Shown here: one piece after another, positions 9,354 to 17,659 of the stretch | How the letters are laid out: each line of letters begins with the position of its first letter | Numbering within the stretch: the stretch's first letter is position 1 | NCBI GenBank assembly: GCA_039024555.1 | Contig: JBCCQQ010000043.1 | Coordinates: 1 to 55,806 of the forward strand | Source: Cyanobacteria bacterium P01_D01_bin.156 | GTDB taxonomy: Bacteria > Cyanobacteriota > Cyanobacteriia > Phormidesmidales > Phormidesmidaceae | Direction of reading: 5' to 3' | Length of the DNA: 55,806 nt | Notes under the pieces: generated by a model | The model's input: the letters and a program-made list of their open reading frames with translations, nothing else | What the model was told of the DNA's origin: nothing | The model's database searches: none | Program-made: the position numbers and the translations under genes

Positions 9354-9872
9354 CTAGGACACAACCTCCACAGCTTTTTCTAACGCCTCTAATCTCAACG
9401 CTGGCTCTCCGCGCAAACTGTACCGTTTCACGTTTTCTGGTACATCAAAGGGAAGGTCGCTGACCTTTACTACAGACTTCTTATGTAGCTTGTAAATCTT
9501 GATATCGGCCAGCTGCAACATGGGTTTATCTAATAGCTGGGACGCTGCTTCCGTGGTGCTGACTACTGTATCAACCGTCATTTCTTCATTGGTCACGGTC
9601 GGTTCTTGGCTATCTGTCTCCATGGTCATCGGTACTGTCGCGGGTGGAATGACCTTGACTGGGGGCTTAGTTACAGCAATCGCCGCGATCGGCCTGGGCG
9701 CTACACAACGACGCTCAACCGTGGGACAGGGAGCTTCGTTTACAGTTGCTAGTGGAGGCACCATCTGTGCCTGTTCAGCTTGGTCACAAAGAACATTTGC
9801 AACATGGATCGAGACCACAAATGCGATCCCATAGAGCAGGATATCGAATGCACCGAAGTACAGTTCAAACAT
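9354..9872 (-). CDS. Hypothetical protein with N-terminal TM segment
   Basis: Clean ORF with an N-terminal hydrophobic helix, P/T-rich linker and C-terminal IKIYKLHKKSVVKVSDLPF domain. Confidence 0.65.
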   Translation of the reverse strand: MFELYFGAFDILLYGIAFVVSIHVANVLCDQAEQAQMVPPLATVNEAPCPTVERRCVAPRPIAAIAVTKPPVKVIPPATVPMTMETDSQEPTVTNEEMTVDTVVSTTEAASQLLDKPMLQLADIKIYKLHKKSVVKVSDLPFDVPENVKRYSLRGEPALRLEALEKAVEVVS

Positions 9873-10055
9873 GATTCAATTTCCCCAAATTCTGTTTGAT
9901 GCATCGCCCACCCACAAAGGGTTTTAAGGATTAGGGCGGTTGTTGTGGTTGACGTTTGGAACGGGTGCCAACCTGATATGCTCACAGTATAAACGAGATT
10001 CTACAAACCAGCACAGCTAATTCAAAGATCTAAAAGCATTCTCTCTTTCTCAGGG

Positions 10056-10817
10056 TTAGTTATTGAATCGTCCTTTAATATCCTGGATAACCTGACCCCA
10101 ATCCACTTGACTAGCTGGGGCAGGGGCCTGATACTCACCGCTATATCCTGTGAGCGTCCATTCCAGGGGAGGCTGCTGCGGTTCCTGCGCTGCTCCATTC
10201 AATTGGCTATGCTCAGACCATCCAAGATTGCTCACCGTTTCACCGAGGAGGGTACCAGGCGTGACGAGTCCTGGTGTACAGCTGCTTAGGTATTGGGCTT
10301 TGTAAAACACGTTTGGCGTGGCGCTGCTAGCAAGGGTTGCAACGGCTCCAAATTCCGTGTCCTTACAACTCACCTCCACCTGGTCATGGGATTGACCAAA
10401 CGCGTAGATAGGTGTGCCCGCTGGAGTATCCAGCGTGATGCCACCATTAAAACTCTCCTGATAGCGGGCCTCTTTTTCTTCTTCTTGTCTGGCCGCCGCC
10501 AGTTGCAGTTCAATCTCACGTAACCGCTTAACACGTGCCGCATCCCTGGCTTTATATTCAGGGGTGTTCATGTACGCGAGGAGATCCTCCAGTAGCGCTT
10601 GATTGTCTGTCGCTGCGTCCGTTTGACGGACGATGGGAGCTGGTTCTGTATCTGCCATTAGTGCCGTATTAATCCCAAGATTGAGCAAACCAGCTCCACC
10701 AACAACAATGCTGCCAGCCCATGTCCACCAGCGGGGAATGCCACGGCGTTTGGGAGGTGGTAACTTCAGATCTAGGGTAAGTTGCTTGTACGTGGGACGC
10801 TTCAAGGTAAAGAGCAT
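10056..10817 (-). CDS. Membrane-anchored degenerate M23/LytM-like protein (no Zn ligands)
   Basis: TM, coiled coil, then GITLDTPAGTPIYA...VSC...YLSSCTPG...WTLTG, which aligns with the M23 of 10827..11960 but lacks HxxxD and HxH. Confidence 0.65.
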   Translation of the reverse strand: MLFTLKRPTYKQLTLDLKLPPPKRRGIPRWWTWAGSIVVGGAGLLNLGINTALMADTEPAPIVRQTDAATDNQALLEDLLAYMNTPEYKARDAARVKRLREIELQLAAARQEEEKEARYQESFNGGITLDTPAGTPIYAFGQSHDQVEVSCKDTEFGAVATLASSATPNVFYKAQYLSSCTPGLVTPGTLLGETVSNLGWSEHSQLNGAAQEPQQPPLEWTLTGYSGEYQAPAPASQVDWGQVIQDIKGRFNN

Positions 10818-10826
10818 GGGGCATTC

Positions 10827-11960
10827 CTATGGCAATAGATGGCGCTGGTCTAAAGAGTCAGCAATGGCCTCGGTGCGGCGTGTTTGGTCACGTACCACGT
10901 TGGGCATGGTGTTTCCCAACCCTGGAGCATCTAGCCTGCCAGTGTCAGGGTTAATGTAGCTTTTCGCTCTAGCATCAATTATCCGATCTAGGGTGCCATT
11001 ACGGCCCAGGGCAGCAGCAGGGGACTGGTTGTATTGGTCAATAATCGACAACAACTCCACCGTTTCCAAAGTCACGCCAGCAGCATCGGCACGATCCAAA
11101 ATGATTGTTTCAATCTTGCGCAGGTTGGCTAACTGTTTAGCGTCTGCCTCTTCAGCACTAGCTGCACCATGCTGATAGGAGAATGTCCCTTGATTGCGGA
11201 CGCCATTACCAGGGTCAATGTGGCTCTCATGGGCCGCAGTGCGATCACAGTTCCTATCTCGCGTGCCCTCCGCTGCACCAATAGCACAGACGATGTCCGT
11301 GTCCGTCAGGGCAGGGGCTACCGTTTCACCGTCCTTAGTAGGCGGTATTCCTGTCAGGAGCCAACTTACGACTGATACGGTAGGCGGTGTATGGGTGCCA
11401 TTGGCCAACACGTACTCTACGTGCAAATGAGGGCCAGTGGTGTAGAGACCTGTATTGCCACTCTTCGCAATGACATCGCCTTGGCCGTGGACGCCTCGAT
11501 AACACGCATCTAAGTGCATCAGTTTCACGGTTTTCCCTGGTAACAGGTCAGCGGAGATAAGCGCAATAATTCCACCGTTCTTATCGTTCCAACAGGTCAC
11601 GCGTACCATGGAGCCAGCCTCCTTACTGGCAAGCGCATACACAGGGGTACCCACTGGGGTTGCCACATCCACTCCCTTATGAGGCTTTTGGACACCTGTA
11701 ACAGGGTGACGGCGGACGCCAAACCCCGAGGTTATTCGGTAGCCACCAATCTGTTCTCCTACAGTCGCTGGTGCATCGTTGGTTAAGTCAATAGACCGAG
11801 TACCAACCCGCTCGCGAGCACCAGGGACACCGACCAACGCCAGCGCAACATTGACCCCATGATGAAACGGACGGTGGAGACAATAGGCGAAGGCAGGGGA
11901 GGCTACCAACGCTGTCAGCGTCCAACTGGTGAGTGTCCGTTTAAGGCCTGTGCTGCTCAT
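10827..11960 (-). CDS. M23 family peptidoglycan endopeptidase with C-terminal lysozyme-like domain
   Basis: ITSGFGVRRHPVTG, HKGVD, SGNTG..TGPHLH. The C-terminal IGAAEGT..HIDPGNG..NQGTFSYQ domain is inferred to be lysozyme-like. Confidence 0.88.
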   Translation of the reverse strand: MSSTGLKRTLTSWTLTALVASPAFAYCLHRPFHHGVNVALALVGVPGARERVGTRSIDLTNDAPATVGEQIGGYRITSGFGVRRHPVTGVQKPHKGVDVATPVGTPVYALASKEAGSMVRVTCWNDKNGGIIALISADLLPGKTVKLMHLDACYRGVHGQGDVIAKSGNTGLYTTGPHLHVEYVLANGTHTPPTVSVVSWLLTGIPPTKDGETVAPALTDTDIVCAIGAAEGTRDRNCDRTAAHESHIDPGNGVRNQGTFSYQHGAASAEEADAKQLANLRKIETIILDRADAAGVTLETVELLSIIDQYNQSPAAALGRNGTLDRIIDARAKSYINPDTGRLDAPGLGNTMPNVVRDQTRRTEAIADSLDQRHLLP

Positions 11961-12115
11961 GGTTTCACCCCAGCATCTGCACGATCGACCGTCAATATCG
12001 TTGGCAGGTCTGGCAGTGTCCCCAACAGCGCATATCGCTTAAACCCTGGCTCCCACCAATTGAGGAATGCATAGGAAAACGCGATGGACACAATCATGAC
12101 TTGAACTGTTTGCAT
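11957..12115 (-). CDS. Small membrane protein (52 aa), not in the ORF track
   Basis: MQTVQVMIVSIAFSYAFLNWWEPGFKRYALLGTLPDLPTILTVDRADAGVKP. TAATG overlap with the upstream gene and ATGA overlap with the M23 gene indicate translational coupling. Confidence 0.7.
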   Translation of the reverse strand: MQTVQVMIVSIAFSYAFLNWWEPGFKRYALLGTLPDLPTILTVDRADAGVKP

Positions 12116-12531
12116 TACTCTTCGTCTCCGTCCTCGTACTCATCTGGTGGCGGGGTTGGCTGAGTGCCTTTGGTACTTTGATGTACGCTTTTGAGCACGC
12201 TATTCTTCAGTCCAATCAGACCGTCCACCCCAGTAAAGGTGATGTGTTGGAGTAGAAACGGGCGATAGTTTGCACGGTCGGCAGGGGATTGCAGGCCATA
12301 CATGATGCCTTCAAAGCTGACGCATAACAGGGCTACTAAACCTATAAGGCCTGAGAGGTTGTAGAAGGTGCGCTTTGGGTGCCAGAGCGCGTTGGGGAGA
12401 AGGCCAAACCCCTTAGCAGTTTCAGTGGTGGCAAAGTCAGCACCAACACCACGAAAGCGTTGACGGCGGCTACTGCGGCGCTGGCGTCCGCGTTCTTCAT
12501 ACCGTGTTTCTTGGCTATTGGGGTTATCCAT
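12115..12531 (-). CDS. Hypothetical membrane protein
   Basis: GAGGA RBS before ATG 12531 (MDNPNSQ...); Arg-rich N-terminus and one TM segment. Confidence 0.7.
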   Translation of the reverse strand: MDNPNSQETRYEERGRQRRSSRRQRFRGVGADFATTETAKGFGLLPNALWHPKRTFYNLSGLIGLVALLCVSFEGIMYGLQSPADRANYRPFLLQHITFTGVDGLIGLKNSVLKSVHQSTKGTQPTPPPDEYEDGDEE

Positions 12532-12655
12532 CGTGAGTTCCTCAGAGATTATGCAAGGGCAGGGGAGCGGCATTGCTAAGGCGCTTGGCACACGGCCAAT
12601 GCCGCGATTTAGGGGTCTATGGTGCCGCCGCCGAATGGGCACTTTTTGGGTCGTT

Positions 12656-14209
12656 TTAGGGCACTTCCACAGGTGTTGGGAACGACGCGGGGTCTGGCAT
12701 CGTTGTATAGGCAACTTTCAGCGTCCAATGCTTGGGACTGGTTGAATGATCAAACGCCCCTAAGCCGTAGGCATTAACCACTGCTAGAAATTTAATGAGG
12801 TCGTCAGTTGTATCCAGATGGTGTTTGCCCCAGTCGTCCCGTATCTTGCTGACAAGTAGCTGATGGCCATCCATAAATTGGCGTTTGATCAGCCAGGTAC
12901 AAAATGCGGCTGCGTGAGGGAGGTCAAACAACGCACACCAATCATCACGATTACCGTTGAGGGTCACGCCAGCAGTGGCAGCAACAAACGGCGTATCCTC
13001 CACCCATCCGTCCACGATGTCGGCGTCTCTAGGTGTAGCGTCTTCCCACCGTTCTACGGCGTCCATGAGCTGTTCTGCCGCCGTCCGTTTGATGGACGCT
13101 GATGGACGTAAAGCGTTGACCGCTGCCGTAAAGTAAGGGGCGAATTGTTGCGGGTAGTGGTTGGGGCCAAGGAGGGCAGGGAGCTGAAACTTCACCCGCT
13201 TTCCGCCTTCATAAGTTGCGCCCCTGGGGCTGGCTTCTCCTCGGCCAGTCCATGTGGGATCGTCATCGTCGTCATCGATAGAATCGTCCACATCGAGCGA
13301 GAGCACCACGGATTGATCTAACAGACGGGCGGTGCGGCCACTATCCATGGCTTCCCCACCCAGCATGCCTTTCTTAAGACCATGGACTGGAATGATGAAA
13401 TTAAGAATGCTTTTGCGCAGGTCTTGCGAGGCCGAAAAGATCACTTGTTCGGCGACTGCGCCTAAATGATAGAGCGAGGTATGCCAATTGCTGAACTCTT
13501 CCAGCACGATGGAAACCCGCTGCTTAGTTTCTTGACCTTCTACCTTGCGCGGGGTGGCCAAGGCCTCCGCAATGATTTTCGGCAGCTGCTGGCGGATCTC
13601 TTCCGCTGTTCCAAGCACGACATCAGCGGTGTTATACAACCCATTTTGCCTGTCGTGGTGGTAGTGGGGGTTAGCAACAACAATCGTGTCACCGCGACGT
13701 ATTTGCCGCCAGGTACTGAGCTGGTGACTGAGTAACGATTTGCCAGCGCCTTGGTCACCATGAACAAGTAAGCACCGTGCGGCGATGGCAGCATTCAGTA
13801 CGCGGTTGTCGGCCAGGAAACTTCCCAGGACATCACGGCACTCGGTGACGAGGTCAATCGCATCACCTGTCTTGGTATCAGGTTCTAAATCCTGGCCATC
13901 ACCCACAACATCAACAGATGCAGGGGCTAAGGTTTTAGGATTGCTAGTGGCCATGGTTGCTCCCAGGCAAATCCCTCCTAACCCCATGACAGACATCAAC
14001 ACCCCGCCTAGCCGCACCCGAGGGTCGCGGAACTGAGCAGGAATGTTAGTCCCTGAAACCCCGAAGGCATGTGCTTGCTGCAAGTCATCTCGGCTGTAGA
14101 ACTGCGGGTTTTGCGTGGCAAGCCACCACCCAGCAAGGCACAACAATACGGACAATAGGGTGGTGCCGTAGGCGGAACGGTCTAAGTGTTGATCATCGCG
14201 GTAGGCCAT
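12656..14209 (-). CDS. Membrane-anchored P-loop ATPase (FtsK/TraB/coupling-protein-like)
   Basis: Two N-terminal TM helices, Walker A GDQGAGKS, Walker B SIVLEE, SQDLRK motif, and a C-terminal winged-helix-like segment. Confidence 0.7.
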   Translation of the reverse strand: MAYRDDQHLDRSAYGTTLLSVLLCLAGWWLATQNPQFYSRDDLQQAHAFGVSGTNIPAQFRDPRVRLGGVLMSVMGLGGICLGATMATSNPKTLAPASVDVVGDGQDLEPDTKTGDAIDLVTECRDVLGSFLADNRVLNAAIAARCLLVHGDQGAGKSLLSHQLSTWRQIRRGDTIVVANPHYHHDRQNGLYNTADVVLGTAEEIRQQLPKIIAEALATPRKVEGQETKQRVSIVLEEFSNWHTSLYHLGAVAEQVIFSASQDLRKSILNFIIPVHGLKKGMLGGEAMDSGRTARLLDQSVVLSLDVDDSIDDDDDDPTWTGRGEASPRGATYEGGKRVKFQLPALLGPNHYPQQFAPYFTAAVNALRPSASIKRTAAEQLMDAVERWEDATPRDADIVDGWVEDTPFVAATAGVTLNGNRDDWCALFDLPHAAAFCTWLIKRQFMDGHQLLVSKIRDDWGKHHLDTTDDLIKFLAVVNAYGLGAFDHSTSPKHWTLKVAYTTMPDPASFPTPVEVP

Positions 14210-14214
14210 CGATA

Positions 14215-15042
14215 TTAGTCCCCGAGGGTTTTATTGATACGAGCTTCCACGCCATCAGGGGTGACGGGTGGAATAGTTGCCAAAGGCCTATCGATCTCTC
14301 CAATCCACATCTTGTTGAGATCAATCACGTCATGAATTGCAGCACGATACGTTTTGAGAGTTTGCTTCGTAGTGGAAAAGTCTGGCGATCGCACAGCGGC
14401 ATCTCCCAGTGCTGCTAATGCAGCCATATAGACCCGCTCACCATCAATGAACAGTTGATAGTTTTGCTGCTCATGCCCATTACGCATCCGCACCAAGCCG
14501 TCCCCCATGAACCGCAGGTAAATGCAGTCTTCGTGTTGAATGCCTGATTCGAGGCACGTTTGGAAGTTCAGATCTCCGACTTTATCGGTGGGTGGCATTG
14601 CTGTCCCTTCCTCAATCTCCTTTCGAGCGAGGGCACGGAGGGTTTCTACCTCGCCAGCAAGCAACAAGTCTCGCTTGTAACTGGTCAGCAGGTCTTGGGT
14701 CAGCTTGGCATGTTTGTCTAGGTGCGCCATCGCTAATGCCTGGGTTTGGGCATCAATGTTGCCACGATTCATATCAGGGGTAAGTCCCAGCGCTCCATAA
14801 AGCGAGTACATCGGGTCACTGTAGATATCCCGCAATGGTGCGACATCACGGGCAATTTCTGGCTCAATCTTGGGCGCACTCATCGCCGAGAACAAGGCCC
14901 ATACGGTCATCAAGGCCATGGGCATTCCAGCCAGCAGAATAATGCGCCGACGCGGTGCCATACTCTTCACTCGCGCCATGAGGGCACGACCACGAGAGAC
15001 TTTTTTGAGGCTGGTGAATTTCACAGAGGTGTCCTCATACAA
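14215..15042 (-). CDS. Hypothetical single-pass membrane protein
   Basis: Long ORF with a TM segment at about aa 34-54; part of the operon. Confidence 0.7.
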   Translation of the reverse strand: MYEDTSVKFTSLKKVSRGRALMARVKSMAPRRRIILLAGMPMALMTVWALFSAMSAPKIEPEIARDVAPLRDIYSDPMYSLYGALGLTPDMNRGNIDAQTQALAMAHLDKHAKLTQDLLTSYKRDLLLAGEVETLRALARKEIEEGTAMPPTDKVGDLNFQTCLESGIQHEDCIYLRFMGDGLVRMRNGHEQQNYQLFIDGERVYMAALAALGDAAVRSPDFSTTKQTLKTYRAAIHDVIDLNKMWIGEIDRPLATIPPVTPDGVEARINKTLGD

Positions 15043-15056
15043 AGGGGCAGGGGGAA

Positions 15057-15629
15057 CTACGCAGCGGTTTGTGTCATCCGATAGCTGGCGATGGCCTCGG
15101 TAATCTTGACGCTCATGTCGATGCCGTACTGACTCGCCAGTGATGCCCCCAGGGCCTTTCCCGCATCTTCTAGGCTTCGATCAATGGCAGCAGGGAGGTG
15201 ATAGCGCACCCGCTTCTTGAGCAGGTGAGTGGCAGCATCAGGAGCGACGGCATTAGCAATGGTCTTGGCAATGTCATCTATCGCTTGAAATCCAGCATCT
15301 GCATCCATGGCCAGCGCAGGTGGTGCTTGCTGCTGCTCCATTGCTGACAGCACCAGCTGTTCAGCCAACGCACGGAATTGCTTGCCGCGTTCAGACTGGA
15401 TGTGAAAGCCCAACTGCACCACACCAGCCTTCGTCCAGAGAGTAGAATTTCCCTCTTTAATCCAGTGCTGATGTTCCAACAGTTCATCTTTTTTATTGGA
15501 CTTGTGGCCACGCAGGGTACTGGCATCGATGCCATAGCCTTCAGCCACTTGCGCGGATGTCAGCACCCAATCGTGCTGTTCATGGGGTTTGGCCTGATCA
15601 AGAATCGTCGAGATGTCAACCTGTGTCAT
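15057..15629 (-). CDS. Phage antirepressor-like DNA-binding protein
   Basis: LTSAQVAEGYGIDASTLRGHK...DELLE..HW...LWTKAGVVQLGFHIQSERGKQFR; first gene of the operon. Confidence 0.7.
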   Translation of the reverse strand: MTQVDISTILDQAKPHEQHDWVLTSAQVAEGYGIDASTLRGHKSNKKDELLEHQHWIKEGNSTLWTKAGVVQLGFHIQSERGKQFRALAEQLVLSAMEQQQAPPALAMDADAGFQAIDDIAKTIANAVAPDAATHLLKKRVRYHLPAAIDRSLEDAGKALGASLASQYGIDMSVKITEAIASYRMTQTAA

Positions 15630-15965
15630 GGGGAGAAGAGGGGACAGCGACCACTGCCCCAATTGCTATAGAGAGGTGTAATCAGCTGTCTCAATATTGG
15701 CGGTAACACGGGCAGTGTTCATTGAGGACAGCATGTTCTGGTTATTCAAGGGGCGTAAAATATTCTGTTGTTTGTTCTTGAGTCGTGGGCATCAAACCCT
15801 CCTTATATAGAGCAGCTCATTTGTTGTTGGTGTCGTCGATGTTGAGAGCAGTGGTGTTGATAGTGGTGTCTTCGGAATGGCTGTTGCCATCGGCTGTTAG
15901 CACATGGAATAGCGGGAGCGGCCACCGTGGAGCATCATCCGCTGCGCCCTTAAGCCTTTTATTGG

Positions 15966-16241
15966 TTATGCGCCTTTGGGATAAGGAACTTTGTTGGTAT
16001 CCGCTTTCGGGCCATAGGCAATGGTTGGAAGCGGCAACAATCGCGCAAGTGTATTGCGCTCGGTAATCAAACTCTGAATCAGTTCGTTGGGATCTTCCGT
16101 GCCGTAAAGCTGGTAAAAAGCACGCAGCCTGGCTTCGGTTGTCGCGTTTAAGGTGACGCGCATGGGCGGTACCTGCCATCTGGCAGGCATGAATAGGGTT
16201 TTAACAGCCATGAGCTGACTGCTGAAACCACAGTAACACAA
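15966..16241 (-). CDS. Small hypothetical protein (possible RHH regulator)
   Basis: MRVTLNATTEARLRAFYQLYG...NELIQSLI pattern; start uncertain. Confidence 0.45.
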   Translation of the reverse strand: MCYCGFSSQLMAVKTLFMPARWQVPPMRVTLNATTEARLRAFYQLYGTEDPNELIQSLITERNTLARLLPLPTIAYGPKADTNKVPYPKGA

Positions 16242-16284
16242 ATCGTGTTAATCTACATCTACAACTTATCGTGTCATACAGTTT

Positions 16285-16893
16285 ATGACTGATGTCCACA
16301 AAAGATCCCATGCAGGCGGTACGATACTCAGGTCTCCTGTTTTAATAAACCGCGTGCATATTGATATCCCCCTTAATTACATTCATGTCGAGCCTGACAT
16401 GTGGGAGAACTACTATCTCGCCGCCGTCAATTACTTGGCATGGAATAAGAAAGGTCTTTTAACCCAAATCTCCAGCGCTTTTTGCAGTCGTCACCGTGAC
16501 TACCTGTTACAGTGCGCTGACATTGAGGCAGCAGCACGGGGTCTAGATACTGATAGTGCCGATTTCTTCGAGCTTTATTGCAATTGGAAATCCGAGTTGC
16601 CGCCATATACCAGTGGCCAGTACCCCGACTTTCCAGCATCCCCACTGGCTAACATCATCGACCCAGATGCAAGCATGGCTAACCGCCATAACTTTGCAAA
16701 CATCAGAATCGGCAAGCTCAATGCCGTCTTACTGCGGGTGTTGAAGAATGCCAACCGTGATGCGCCAGCTCCAGTGCTGTTTAGCCGTTTAACCAAATAC
16801 CATTTTCAACACTACGGCACTGGCTACCTGTATCAGTTCGCTGCCGACGATCAAAATACCATTCGACCCACATTACCTGCGAAGGAGGACTGA
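16285..16893 (+). CDS. Hypothetical protein
   Basis: 202-aa ORF divergent from the ATPase operon. Confidence 0.65.
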   Translation: MTDVHKRSHAGGTILRSPVLINRVHIDIPLNYIHVEPDMWENYYLAAVNYLAWNKKGLLTQISSAFCSRHRDYLLQCADIEAAARGLDTDSADFFELYCNWKSELPPYTSGQYPDFPASPLANIIDPDASMANRHNFANIRIGKLNAVLLRVLKNANRDAPAPVLFSRLTKYHFQHYGTGYLYQFAADDQNTIRPTLPAKED

Positions 16894-16897
16894 ACCA

Positions 16898-17338
16898 ATG
16901 CCACAAATGCAAGTAAAAATGTCTCAAGGGGCAACACCAACACCAGCTCATCCGCAAACGACTTGGGGCGCTGATGACGTATTAGCAAAACTCATTGCGG
17001 TGTTGCCCAAAGCAACCACTGATGAGCAGCATTCAGCCCTAGAGGCCCTTCAAGCAGGACGGTATAGCCAGTGCAAGATTTATCCTTGTTTGGCGTTGGA
17101 TGACCCCTTTGTCAAAGCCATTGGCTACATGAGCAGTATCCCCACAGTGATTAGTAAGGGCGTGCCCACACTGCCTACCCTCATTGGGGAAAGCTGCCGA
17201 GCGATCGCCGATGCTTGCTACGGTCAAGCACTTCTTGATAATCAATCAGAAGACAACGCCTTAACCATTAAGCGGGATGCAACGGCCACCCTGCACCAAA
17301 TCAACCAGGATATTTTTGCTAAGGGGTTAGGTAAGTAG
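16898..17338 (+). CDS. Hypothetical protein
   Basis: 146-aa ORF with GGAGG RBS, 4 nt after the upstream gene. Confidence 0.65.
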   Translation: MPQMQVKMSQGATPTPAHPQTTWGADDVLAKLIAVLPKATTDEQHSALEALQAGRYSQCKIYPCLALDDPFVKAIGYMSSIPTVISKGVPTLPTLIGESCRAIADACYGQALLDNQSEDNALTIKRDATATLHQINQDIFAKGLGK

Positions 17339-17465
17339 CTATTGTTAACGTCTTGAACCATGGCCAGTAAACGGCTCATCATTAGCGTTTTGGCCAGTTT
17401 AGGCGTAAGATCACTGAAATAAATTGATGCGTTCAGGTGTACTGATATGAGCCCATAAATCCCCA

Positions 17466-17590
17466 TCAAAAAACCTCCAGACCAGGCAAGGACGGGAGGT
17501 CAATTGATTTTTATCGTAATGAACCACAAGTGAGAACGAGATAACGAAAGGTTTGGCGGCCAGGAGTTAGATTCGTTCACGGGTTACTAT
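17466..17590 (-). ncRNA. Candidate antisense copy-control RNA in the rep leader
   Basis: Minus-strand TTGCAG-18-TAAAAT promoter (17625-17596), terminator acctcc...ggaggtttttt near 17468-17500, and a long hairpin with a TTGGCG loop at about 17530-17580. Confidence 0.5.
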
Positions 17591-17659
17591 GTGCAATTTT
17601 AAAGGATAGGTTGTCGTTTCTGCAACCTATGTTCTTACTTTTTGTAAAACATGTAGCTT

